A stretch of DNA of 63,685 bases, the filler included, from Chiloscyllium plagiosum (taxonomy: Eukaryota), in NCBI RefSeq assembly GCF_004010195.1. It is 5 parts of one record of this genome, joined end to end, with 100 filler letters (N's around TTAATTAATTAA, not from the genome) between each part and the next. Parts side by side here need not be neighbours in the genome. Positions count along the whole stretch, not along the records: positions 46,004 to 60,678 come from NC_057715.1; 4 more parts are not named here. One strand, given 5' to 3'. The notes under the pieces were generated by a model, which searched no databases, had not been told where the DNA came from, and saw only the letters and a list, made by a program, of their open reading frames with translations. Of the stretch, positions 50,777 through 60,778 are shown piece by piece. Within the stretch, counting starts at the first letter, position 1. Each line of letters opens with the position of its first letter. The translations under genes were made by a program, and so were the position numbers.

Positions 50777-51899
50777 CTGTGAATATATTAAAAAAATACA
50801 AATACAGCATAATTCAACTGCATTTTATTGTTGACCTTCATTCTGATAGTACAATGAGACAGGTCAGATTCCAGATTGAAACCTGAGTTGATAAATTATT
50901 CTCTTTTGCGTGTTTAGTTATTAAGTATGAAAGTTAGTCACCAAAACATTTTCACATGAGGATACTGAAGTTTTTTCTCAACAGAATATAAATTTATTGT
51001 ACAAAAGAAAGGAAACAAATAAATCGAGCTAGTTAGAACATTTTAACACAAACATTAAGGCAAAGTTTCAACTCATTCCTCAACATATTAATTATAAAGG
51101 ATCAAGTTCAGAGAAATAATCCTCCTATTTCAATGTTCAAATTTCTACTTGACCAACTCCTTCCATATCTCTTGCTTGAAATGTACAGGTAATTTTATGA
51201 TTACTCACCAAGTCTCATGTCTACACCTTTCACAAGTCTCATGTCTAAACCTTTCAATTCCAACAACCTGAAGATTTCTTTCTGAAATTGTCCTGGCTTG
51301 AAAACTTCACAAACTAGAAACAAACTGTTGCTATAATGACCAATCTCTTCTGAACAGAAATAAAAACCTGCTAGGAGAGAAACTAAGACTTACTTCTGAA
51401 CTCCATGCAATTCTTTGCAACTGAAATTCTGAGTTCTCTGCCTTAAAGCCAAATTAAAGCCAATGACTTAATGTGTTACACTACCTGTCACAAACCCACA
51501 GGTTTAAAAATCTTACATCTTATTCTATTACCACTCCAGTACATCCCCCAAGCTCTGATTGCAGTATTATATCTTCTTGTAACTGGTATATTTAAGTCAC
51601 TCCTCCAGAATGACTTTCTGACTTTAAAAAAGTATGTACCTCCCCTTTTAAACAAAATAAATTCAAAAATATGATATATTTTGCATGACTTCCATCACAC
51701 ACCAATAAAGTTACTTTCATCTTTTATTTTGTCTATGTTAATATAGCACTTTGAGAACTGACTTTAATAGACTGGTACAAGAGTCTAGTTATAGTCTATT
51801 CCAAAAAAAATTAAAATCTGTGTTTTTCAAATATATGGGTAATACAAATTCATTTGCTTCCACAACCTCTAGTTTAGACTCAGACACTGTATGAGTCAT

Positions 51900-52590
51900 A
51901 CATTATAGAGAAGTACAGCATGGAAACAGACCCTTCAGTCCAACTCATCGATGCTAGCTAGATGCTCTAAATAAATCTAGTCTCATTTGCCAACATTTTG
52001 CCCATATCCCTCTAAACCCTTCCTATTCATATACCCATCCAGGTGCCTTTTAAATGTTGTAATTGTACCAGCCTTCACCACTTCCTCTGGCAGCTCATTC
52101 CATATACGCACCACCTTTTATGTGAAAGGTTGCCCCTTAGGTCCCTTTTAAATCTTTCTCCTCTCACCCTAAATCTATGCTCTCTTCTTTTGGATTCCAC
52201 TATCCTGGGGAAAAGAACTTGGCTATTTAGCCTATCCATACCCCTCATGATTTTATAAACTTCTATAACATCACCCCTCAGCCTCCAACGCTCCAGGGAA
52301 AATAGCCCCAAGTCTCTTCAGCCTATCCCTACAGCTCAAACCCTCCAACACCGACACATCCTTGTAAGTCTTTTCTGAACCCTTTCAAGTTTCACAACAT
52401 CCTTCCTATATCACAAAGACCAGAATTGAATGCATTATTCCAAAAGTGGTTTTACCAATTTCCTTTACAGTCGCAACATGACCTACCAACTCCTACATTC
52501 AATGCACTCACCAATAAAGGTAAGCATACCAAAGGCATTCTTCACCACCCTGTCTACCTGCAACTCCACTTTCAAGGAGCTATGAACTTG
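51900..52590 (-). mobile_element. HER1-like CR1 3' portion
   Basis: ORF 52075-52311 reads GLFSLERWRLRGDVIEVYKIMRG..EHRFRVRGERFKRDLRG, with the 3' UTR. Confidence 0.9.
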
Positions 52591-52619
52591 CTTGTGATTT
52601 TGTATTTTGTTAAAGTTAC

Positions 52620-52653
52620 CTGCAAAGGATAAATGAGACATTCTGAAGCTCAT
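52620..52653 (-). CDS. Candidate first coding exon (exon 52620-52694): MSFRMSHLSFA
   Basis: Acceptor TATTTGTCCTTACAG|, donor GCAG|GTAACT. ATG at 52653 has A at -3 and an upstream in-frame stop. Confidence 0.4.
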
Positions 52654-53233
52654 TTTTAATCACAGTGGACAGTTAGGTTGCAGCATGTTCACAACTGTAA
52701 GGACAAATATGTTTGGGGAGCTATGGTTTTGTTTCCAGCTGCCAGTTATGATTCAAGCTTTAGATTTCTTAGAAACACAGAATTTGATGGAAAAAATACA
52801 CTTCCCAATAGAAGTATATTCAAACATTTAATCACTTTTGAATTTTTAAATTTCATGTAAATACAAAGTTTGAGTTAATTGCCTTGTCTGAATTGTGACT
52901 AACACTGAAAATATGTTAATTAAGTGCAGAGAAGTTCATACAAAAAATACACAAGATCACATTTAAGATATAGTATTGAATTAGTTCAGCTTAATAACAT
53001 TTTGTAATTATTCTCCACATGGGCAATAATCTCAATATCAAGTGACAGTTCTTATTAAAATTCAACAATGCTGACAGTTAGATTCAGTTGCAAATAAGAT
53101 AAAAATTTTAAAAAGTTCAAATCCAAACCTAACCTGTTCACTTCCATTTCTAGTAAAGACGTTAACAGGAGATAAACCCATTCCTAGAAAGCAAGTTAAA
53201 TACTTCAATGAATCTATGTGGCTCAGCTCTTTT

Positions 53234-53518
53234 CATAGAGTCCCTAGACTTCAGAAAGAGGCCATTTGGACCATTAAGTCTGCACAAGGAACTCCCCCTC
53301 CCAACAGCCATAACCCCACCTTGCCATGGTTAATCCACCTAGCCTACATATCCTTGGACAATTTAGCAAGGCCAATCCACTTAACCTGCACAGGAAAGTG
53401 GAGCACCCTCAGACATAGAGAGTACATGCAAACTCCACATAGACAGTCTCCCAAGGCTGGAATTGAACCCAGGTCTCTAGAGCCGAGACAGCAATGCTAA
53501 CCACTCTGCCACTGTACT
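53234..53518 (-). mobile_element. HE1-type SINE (diverged)
   Basis: Minus head GTGGCAGAGTGGTTAGCATTG..GGGTTCAATTCC and core. Confidence 0.8.
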
Positions 53519-54394
53519 ATCCTTTTCTTCAAACTTAAAATGTTGGCCAAGCATATTTCCTAAAAAATCCTCTGGGAAGTGAACAATGCCATTCATTTAA
53601 CCCAAAGTTGTTGATGTACTCAGTAAGTAGGTGTAATCCTAGATCAGAATCAAGTGGAGCACTGTTTCCCACTTACAACCTGAGGAAATGACATCAATTC
53701 TGAATTTATGTTTTGACACTGGGGCAGTGATTTGACCAAGTACTGCTGAAAGTTTAGCATTTACTTAAGATTCATTCAGTGCACATAAAGTGTGGTTTAT
53801 TTTTTTTTAAATCCAATCAATTAAATAATTAGTCAAATATCCTCTATTTCACATGTTTTTGAAGCTCACTATAAATTTAAAATGTAGATGAAATATTGAA
53901 GAATGTTTTTTAGTGTATAATAGTATAACAGTTGCTGAATGTATTCTTTATTAACTTGTGCTAATAAAACACTCCTGAACTTAATCAGAATCTTATGTTC
54001 ATATGCATTAAATTGACAGCAACCAATACCAATTCTCAAAGTTGATGCTACTCTATACATATTATTACTTGCATATTTTCATTTCTTCTTGTAACCATAT
54101 AACTATTAATTATAAGTTCGTAAAAATATTCATTGTTTCTCTATTTCGCATACGAACTGAACATAATTTTATTTGTTCTCATGTAGCTATATCTTCTCTA
54201 TAACGTCGCATATTACCTGGAATACTGCGCTGTCAATTGAAAATTGACCATTGAAAAATACAACAGCATGACTAGTATAGTTGGGTAGGTTTTAGAATAG
54301 GAGAAAGTGAGGACTGCAGATGCTGGAGATCAGAGCTGAAAATGTGTTGCTGGAAAAGTGCAGCAGGTCAGGCAGCATCCAAGGAGCAGGAGAA

Positions 54395-54427
54395 TCGACG
54401 TTTCGGGCATAAGCCCTTCTTCAGGAA
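54395..54427 (-). ncRNA. Minimal type I hammerhead ribozyme
   Basis: Minus strand TTC-CTGAAGA-A-GGGC-TTAT-GCCC-GAAA-CG-TC-GA: intact core, perfect stem II, palindromic ACGT stem III. Confidence 0.78.
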
Positions 54428-54430
54428 CAT

Positions 54431-54463
54431 TTCCTGAAGAAGGGCTTATGCTCGAAACGTCGA
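54431..54463 (+). ncRNA. Minimal type I hammerhead ribozyme
   Basis: TTC-CTGAAGA-A-GGGC-TTAT-GCTC-GAAA-CG-TC-GA, with one G-U pair in stem II. Confidence 0.75.
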
Positions 54464-54806
54464 TTCTCCTGCTCCTTGGAAGCTGCCTGTTGCTGCGCTT
54501 TTCCAGCAACACATTTTCAGCTAGGTTTTAGAATATAAGGGTAGAGTTGCCATAATCCTATTGGACCTTAGGGTTGCTATCTCATTAAAGAGAGACAATT
54601 GGTGGTGATTTAAGCTAAAGATCAACAGGTTTCAGGCAACAGGAAGGTTTAAAAAGGAAAAATCTTTCATAGCAACCTTAGCTGGGGTGGGAGTTGAATG
54701 CATGTTGTTGACACCACTCTGTTCCATTACAAACCACCTATCCAGCCTAATGAGTTAACTGACCCAAAGTTTTAGTATACAATCAATGAATAGTATACAT
54801 ATTGCA

Positions 54807-54812
54807 TTTAAT
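54807..54812 (-). promoter_or_regulatory. Candidate polyadenylation signal ATTAAA (alternative AATAAA at 54167-54172)
   Basis: First ATTAAA/AATAAA hexamer I found on the minus strand, ~110 nt after the stop codon. Confidence 0.35.
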
Positions 54813-54921
54813 GTTGAGCATAAACAGAATTGTTTTCTAAGTTATTGTTCATGACAAGATACCTTATTGTCACAGCATAAACTCCCAATTTAACTTCTCA
54901 AAACTGTAAAACGAAATAAAG

Positions 54922-55108
54922 TTATACTTCCTCTAACGTTCCAGCAGAAGCTTGCACTGTAAAGGATGCAATAGCAATCTGCTCTTTCACTTCTTGCCAG
55001 GCTTTGTGTTCATCTGCAGCATTTGCTATGTCGAACAAAGCATCATAGATTCCTGGAAAAGATTCTCCTGCATACTTATTATGAGCACTGGGAGCATAAA
55101 TGATGTGC
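54922..55108 (-). CDS. NAALAD2: Last coding exon of a glutamate carboxypeptidase II-family gene (NAALAD2; FOLH1/PSMA paralogue not excluded)
   Basis: Acceptor TTTCCTTTTTCTCCCATAG|G (phase 2), then [61 protein letters not shown]. This matches the C-terminal TfR-like dimerisation region of NAALAD2/FOLH1. Upstream exons were not seen in the window. Confidence 0.93.
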
Positions 55109-55846
55109 CTATGGGAGAAAAAGGAAATTAAAAATGTCAAATGCCACATTTATCAATTACATTAAATAGAAGCATTCAGCTTGCATTAGTGTTGCCTGGT
55201 TATAATGTGATGTGCTTACTGAAATTAATCTGTCAAGATAGACATTGATCAGCTGTGAAGACTTAACAAATTATACTTTCTTAAAATAAAATAATTGTTA
55301 TCACATTCATTCCTAGAGTGGAAAGTTTCAAAATATACTGTTGCATGAGGAAAGAAACCAGGATGAAATGTGTAAATTTTCTACAGTATCTTGATGTTAT
55401 GAAAAGGAATTTGGCAAGTTCACTCCAATGCATGTCATGTCAAGTTCTGGATATTAGATCTCACCCACCCAATGCTTGTTCTCAATAGATTCTCAAAAGA
55501 GTGCATTCACAGTACTGTTTTTTAATTAAGGTGTTTGTTATTTAGGAATATGCTGGGAACTTTGGGTAGAAATTAGAGGTAAATGGATTTTTGGTTTAAA
55601 GTTCTGTGGAGATGAGAAAAGTCAATGAGTTTGACAGTGTGTTGTGTGTCTGTGTGTGTCTTGGGGGGAGAATATACAGAAATTCACCAAAAGGAAGTGC
55701 TTGCAACATAGTCAATTCAGTAAAAAATTTAAGTGTGAAGACAAGTTTGATCTTTCAGTGGGGTGCAGTGTCTGTAAAAGGATATTGCTGGCAAACATTT
55801 GAATCTTTGTTTTTGCTGATATAAATTATCACTAACAATTGTCAGG

Positions 55847-56140
55847 GGAGCACAGTGGTTAGCACTGCTGCCTCACAGTACCAGGGACCCAGTTTGAGCT
55901 TTGGGTGGCTGTGTGAAGTTTGTATGTTCTTCCCCAGCTTATGTGGGTTTACATCAGGTGCTCCAATTTCCTCCCACAATCCAAAATGTGCAGTTTAGGT
56001 GTATTGGCTATGCTAAATTGTCGATACTGTCCAGAGATGTGCAAGTTCGGCAGATTAGTCATGGTAAATGTGAGTAACTGGGATAGGGTAGAAGGCTGAG
56101 TCCAGATGGGATTCTCTCCAGAGTATTGGTGCAGACTCGT
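55847..56140 (+). mobile_element. HE1-type SINE (diverged)
   Basis: GCACAGTGGTTAGCACTGCTGCCTCACAG head and V-SINE core. Confidence 0.8.
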
Positions 56141-56429
56141 TGTCCCTTTCCATTTCTATACATCTTATTTTTACTTTTGTGAAGCAAGCTTTGTTAAATG
56201 TACACTGATAGACTATTGTGAATTTGCTCAGTCACCGATCGTCATGGTAACCAAATTACAAAAATAAAGCTTGTGATTTATCAAGCTAGGTTTCACATTG
56301 CTCTAAATTCAAAGTGCAGAATTTGTCATAAAAACAAACAAAAATAACCACTCTTTCAATTAACTTGCTTAATTCATCTTTCTGGGTATTTGGTATTTTC
56401 ATGAACAACTGAAAAAGACCACATAAAGA

Positions 56430-57895
56430 ATAATCTAAGCAATTTAAAGGCAATAGAACCAAAGAATTGGCTTCAGAATTTGCTGCACCTCAAGTCAAGC
56501 TGTTCCAGTACAGCTACCACACTGCCATCTATCTGACAGCTTGGAAAATTGTCCAGCCATGTCCTTGACACAACAAACAGGACAAATCCAAACCACCCAG
56601 TTACTGCACCATCAGTCTACTCTTGATCATCAGTAATGAAAGATATCACCAACAGTGCTGTCAAGCAGCACCTATTCTGCAAGAAACTGTTCACTCATGC
56701 CCAGTTTGGGATCCCCAAGGGGCACTCAGTTTCCAACTTCAGGATACCCTTGTTTCAAACATGAATAAAAGGGCCGAATTCCAGAGATGAACTGAGAGCG
56801 CCTGTCCTTGACATCAAGAAGGCATCAAGGAGGCCGAGCAAAACTGCAATCAATGGGTTTTAGGGACAAACTCTCCACTGGTTGGATTCATACCTGGCAA
56901 ATAGGAAGATAGCTATAGTTGCTGGAAATCAGTCATCTGAGCTCCAAGGCATCTCCACAGGAGTTCCTCAAGGTAGTATCCTAGACCCAACTACTTTCAG
57001 CTGCTTTATAAGGACAAAAGTAGGGATGTTCACCATTGAAATTGCGATGTTCAGCACCATTTGCAACTCCTTGGATACTAAAGAAGTTACATTCAGATCC
57101 AATATCCAGGCTTGGGCTGACAAGTGGCAGGTAATATTTGTGCCACACAAATGCCAAACAAAGTGTTTCTCCAATAACAGACAATCTAACTATTGCTCCT
57201 TGACATTTAATGCTGTAGCCATCACGGAATCCACCACTATCAGCATCCTTGGGGTTATCATTGAACAGAAACACAACTGGATTTTCCTTAAAAATACAGT
57301 TCCTACAAAAGCAGGTAAGAGGCAATGAATACTGCAGCAAGTAATGCACCTCTTGTCTCTCCAAAGCCTGTCCACCATCTAAAAGACTCAAGTCTGGAAT
57401 GTGATGGAATACTCTCCACTTGCCCGAATGCGGCAGCTCCAACAATACTCAAGAAACTTGACATCAAACAGAACAAGTAGACCTTTTGATTGGTGCACCA
57501 TTCACAAATACTCAGTCACTTCACTGATGCTCAGCTTGCAGCTTTGTGTACTATCTACAAGATGCATAAAGATCCTTAGACATCTTCTTCCAAACCAATG
57601 AACATGAACAAAACCATTTAGAAGGACAAGGACAACAGATACGTGGGACCACTACCATCTCAGAGTTACCCTCCAAGCCATTTTCCATACTTGGGAATAC
57701 ATTGCTGTTCCTTCAATGTCGTTGGGTCAAAATCCTGTCATTTCCTCCCTAATGGCATTGTGGGTCTTCCAAAACCACAAGGACTGCAGCAGTTCAAGGA
57801 GGTAGATCACCACCATTTCCTGCTGGTAACGAGGAGCAGGCAATAAATGCTGGCCCAGCCAGAGACACCCACATCATACAAATGAATGAAAGAAA
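56430..57895 (+). mobile_element. L2/CR1-group LINE, RT and 3' tail (decayed)
   Basis: [56 protein letters not shown] and ISILGV, then tail GGCAATAAATGCTGGCCCAGCCAGAGACACCCACATC. Confidence 0.85.
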
Positions 57896-57974
57896 GATCA
57901 GTTAGTTCACTGAAACTGTATCATGGCACTTAAGTGTAACTTCGGCATATCATCATTTGTATCCTATTCTTCAC

Positions 57975-58213
57975 AAAAAGGACCTAAGTGGCAACTTTTT
58001 CATGCAGAGGGTGGTGTGTGTTTGAAATGAACTGCCAGAGGAAATGGTGGAGGCTGGTACAATTACAACATTTAAAAGGTATCTGAATGTGTTCATGAAT
58101 AGGAAAGGTTTAAAGGGCGATGGGCCAAGTGCTGGAAAATGGGACTAGATTAGATTAGGATATCTGGTCGGCATAGACTAATTGTAAGGAAGGGTCTATT
58201 TCCATGCTGTACG
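57975..58213 (+). mobile_element. HER1-like CR1 3' end
   Basis: GGACCTAAGTGGCAACTTTTTCATGCAGAGGGTGG..GGGTCTATTTCCATGCTGTA. Confidence 0.88.
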
Positions 58214-59390
58214 TAGAACATAACAGTGCAGTACAGGCCCTTCGGCCCTCAATGTTGCACCAAACTGTGGAACCAATCTGAAGCCCATCTAACCTACACT
58301 ATTCCATTCTCATCCATATGCCTATCCAATGGCCATTTAGCTGCCCTTAAAGTTGGCAAGTCTACTACTGTTGCAGGCAGTGTGTTCCACACCCCTACTA
58401 CTCTCTGAGTAACAAAACTACCTTTGACATCTGTCCAATATCTATCACCCTTCAACTGAAAGCTATGTCCCCTCATACTAGCTATCGCCATCCGAGGAAA
58501 AGGGCTCTCACTGTCCAACCTATCAAACCCTCTGATTATCTTATATGTCTCAATTAAGTCACCTCTCAACCTTCTTCTCTATGATGAAAACAGCCTCAAG
58601 TCCCTCAGCCTTTCCTCGTAAGACCTTCCTTCCATACCAGACAACATCTTAGTAAATCTCCTCTGCACCCTTTCCAAAGCTTCCACATCCTTCCTATAAT
58701 GTGGTGACCAGAAATGTATGCAACACTCCAAATGTGGCCGCACCAGATCTCATGGTTCCAAAACTCAATCCCTCTACCAATAAAAGCTAACACACATGCC
58801 TTCTTAACAACCCGCTCAATGTGGGTGGCAACTTGCAAGGATCTAGGCCGCACCAGATCTCATGGTTCCAAAACTCAATCCCTCTACCAATAAAAGCTAA
58901 CACACTGTATGCCTTCTTAACAACCCGCTCAATGTGGGTGGCAACTTGCAAGGATCTACGTACCTGGACACACATCTCTCTGCTCATCTACACTACCAAG
59001 AATCTTGCCATTAATCCAGTACTCTGTTACTCCTTCCAAAGTGAATCACCTCACACTTTTCCACATTAAACACTATTTGCCACCTCTCAGCCCAGCTCTG
59101 AAGCTTATCTATGTCTCTCTCTAACCTACAACATCCTTCTGCACCATCCACAACTCGACCGACCTTAGTGTCATCTGCAAATTTACTAATCCATCCTTCT
59201 ATGCCCTCATCAAGGTATTTATAGAAATGACAAACATCCTTGCGGTAACCCACTAGTAACTAAACTCAGGATGAATATTTCCCATCAACCACTACCCTCT
59301 TTCAGCTAGCCAATTTTTGATCCAAACCACTTAATCACCCACAATCCCATGCCCCCGTATTTTCTGCAATAGCCGAGCGTGGGGAACCAT
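58214..59390 (-). mobile_element. CR1 3' portion (different subfamily) with an internal tandem duplication
   Basis: MRGDLIETYKIIRGFDR and ISKFADDTKVGRVVD. 58736-58845 is duplicated at 58846-58958. Confidence 0.9.
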
Positions 59391-60187
59391 CTCTATGATT
59401 CAATGTGGGCAGGAAATGCAGATGTATGGGGGGGATTATTAAGGCAACTTTGCGGATCTTGTTTTGTGTACTGATCTGAGCACAAGGAGTAGTTAAGGAG
59501 ATTTTTTCCATAGGGGTGATTTCTGTCATTCTGGGCTTGAGGGAATTGTTTCTACTGAGTGTGTCTCAAAAAGAATGGAACCCAACTAGCTATTTCTTCA
59601 CTTGCAGTAACTGATGGAACAGCATTCATTCTGAGTTGCTACATATCACAACTATGATTTTGTGGAGAAAATTGAATTTAATGGGGCTCTCTTAAAGAAC
59701 ACATTGGCAGATTTAAAATTTAATGTGAACTGTTTTACCAAGCTTACTGGTCACTGCAGTCAGAATATGCTTGAGCCATCAGTTGATTCTAGCAACTCCA
59801 TTGGTATCCATGCTACTAGTTGCCATTTTCCAAGCTCTGCAATGCTCTTCTTAAACCTCTCCATCTCTCTTATCTATTTTGGAATGCTCATTTAAAACTA
59901 AAACTTTGACAGATTTTTGGTCACCTGTCCTAATACTTACTTTCTCATGTAGTCTGATTTCAATAGTGCTTGATAGCTCTCCTGTGAACTGCCTTGAGCT
60001 ATTTTAAAATAATTTAAGGTGCTTTACAAACACAAGTTGGGCAGATGGCACGATTGTCAGCAGTCATCAGTCAAGTGGGTGGATACAATGCTGTACTATA
60101 TGTGTTGCAGGCAATGTCACAAATGCAGCAATTGCCAGTATAGTACACGGCAAACACACTACATGTACTTCAATCAACTGACCATAT

Positions 60188-60444
60188 AGTGGCTCAGTGG
60201 TTAGCACTGCAGCCTCACAGCACCAGGGTCCCAAGGTTCAATTCCAGCCTTGGGCGTCTTTCTGTGTGGACTTTGCATATTCTCCCCATGTCCCCGTGAG
60301 TTTCCTCTGGGTGCTCCGGTTTCGTCCCACAGTCCAAAGATGTGCAGGTCAGGTGAACTGGCATGCTAAATTGCCCGTAGTGTTAGGTGCATTAGTCAGA
60401 GGGAGATGGGTCTGGGTGGGTTACTCTTCGGAAGGTCGGTGTGA
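60188..60444 (+). mobile_element. HE1-type SINE truncated by a CR1 insertion
   Basis: GTGGCTCAGTGGTTAGCACTGC..GGTTCAATTCC head and core. Stops in the tail where the antisense CR1 begins. Confidence 0.9.
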
Positions 60445-60446
60445 AC

Positions 60447-60678
60447 ACAGAGTCATAGAGATGTACAGCATGGAAACAGACTCTTCGGTCCAACTCGTCC
60501 ATGCAGACCAGATACCCCAACCCAATCTAGTCCCACCTGCCAGCACCCGGCCCATATCCCGCCAAACCCTTCCTATTTATATACCCATCCAAATGCCTTT
60601 TAAATGTTGCAATTGTACCAGCCTCCACTACATCGTCTGGCAGCTCATTCCATACACGTACCACTCTCTGCGTGAAAA
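60447..60678 (-). mobile_element. HER1-like CR1 3' end running into the gap
   Basis: Same antisense 3' UTR as at 39445, 44521 and 51900. Confidence 0.9.
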
Positions 60679-60778
60679 NNNNNNNNNNNNNNNNNNNNNN
60701 NNNNNNNNNNNNNNNNNNNNNNTTAATTAATTAANNNNNNNNNNNNNNNNNNNNNNNNNNNNNNNNNNNNNNNNNNNN
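60679..60778. other. Assembly gap spacer
   Basis: 44 N + TTAATTAATTAA + 44 N. Confidence 0.97.

Larger units (their letters stand above)
54300..54521. mobile_element. Palindromic PLE mini-element with two inverted hammerheads and a 14-bp TSD
   Basis: Arms 54334-54427 and 54431-54522 are inverted around CAT. TAGGTTTTAGAATA occurs at 54286-54299 and 54522-54535. Confidence 0.92.

Noticed and set aside
55109..60678. Penultimate NAALAD2/FOLH1 exon (NDQLM..ERAFIDPLGL)
   Set aside because: I could not find it by eye; it probably lies beyond the gap or the window.
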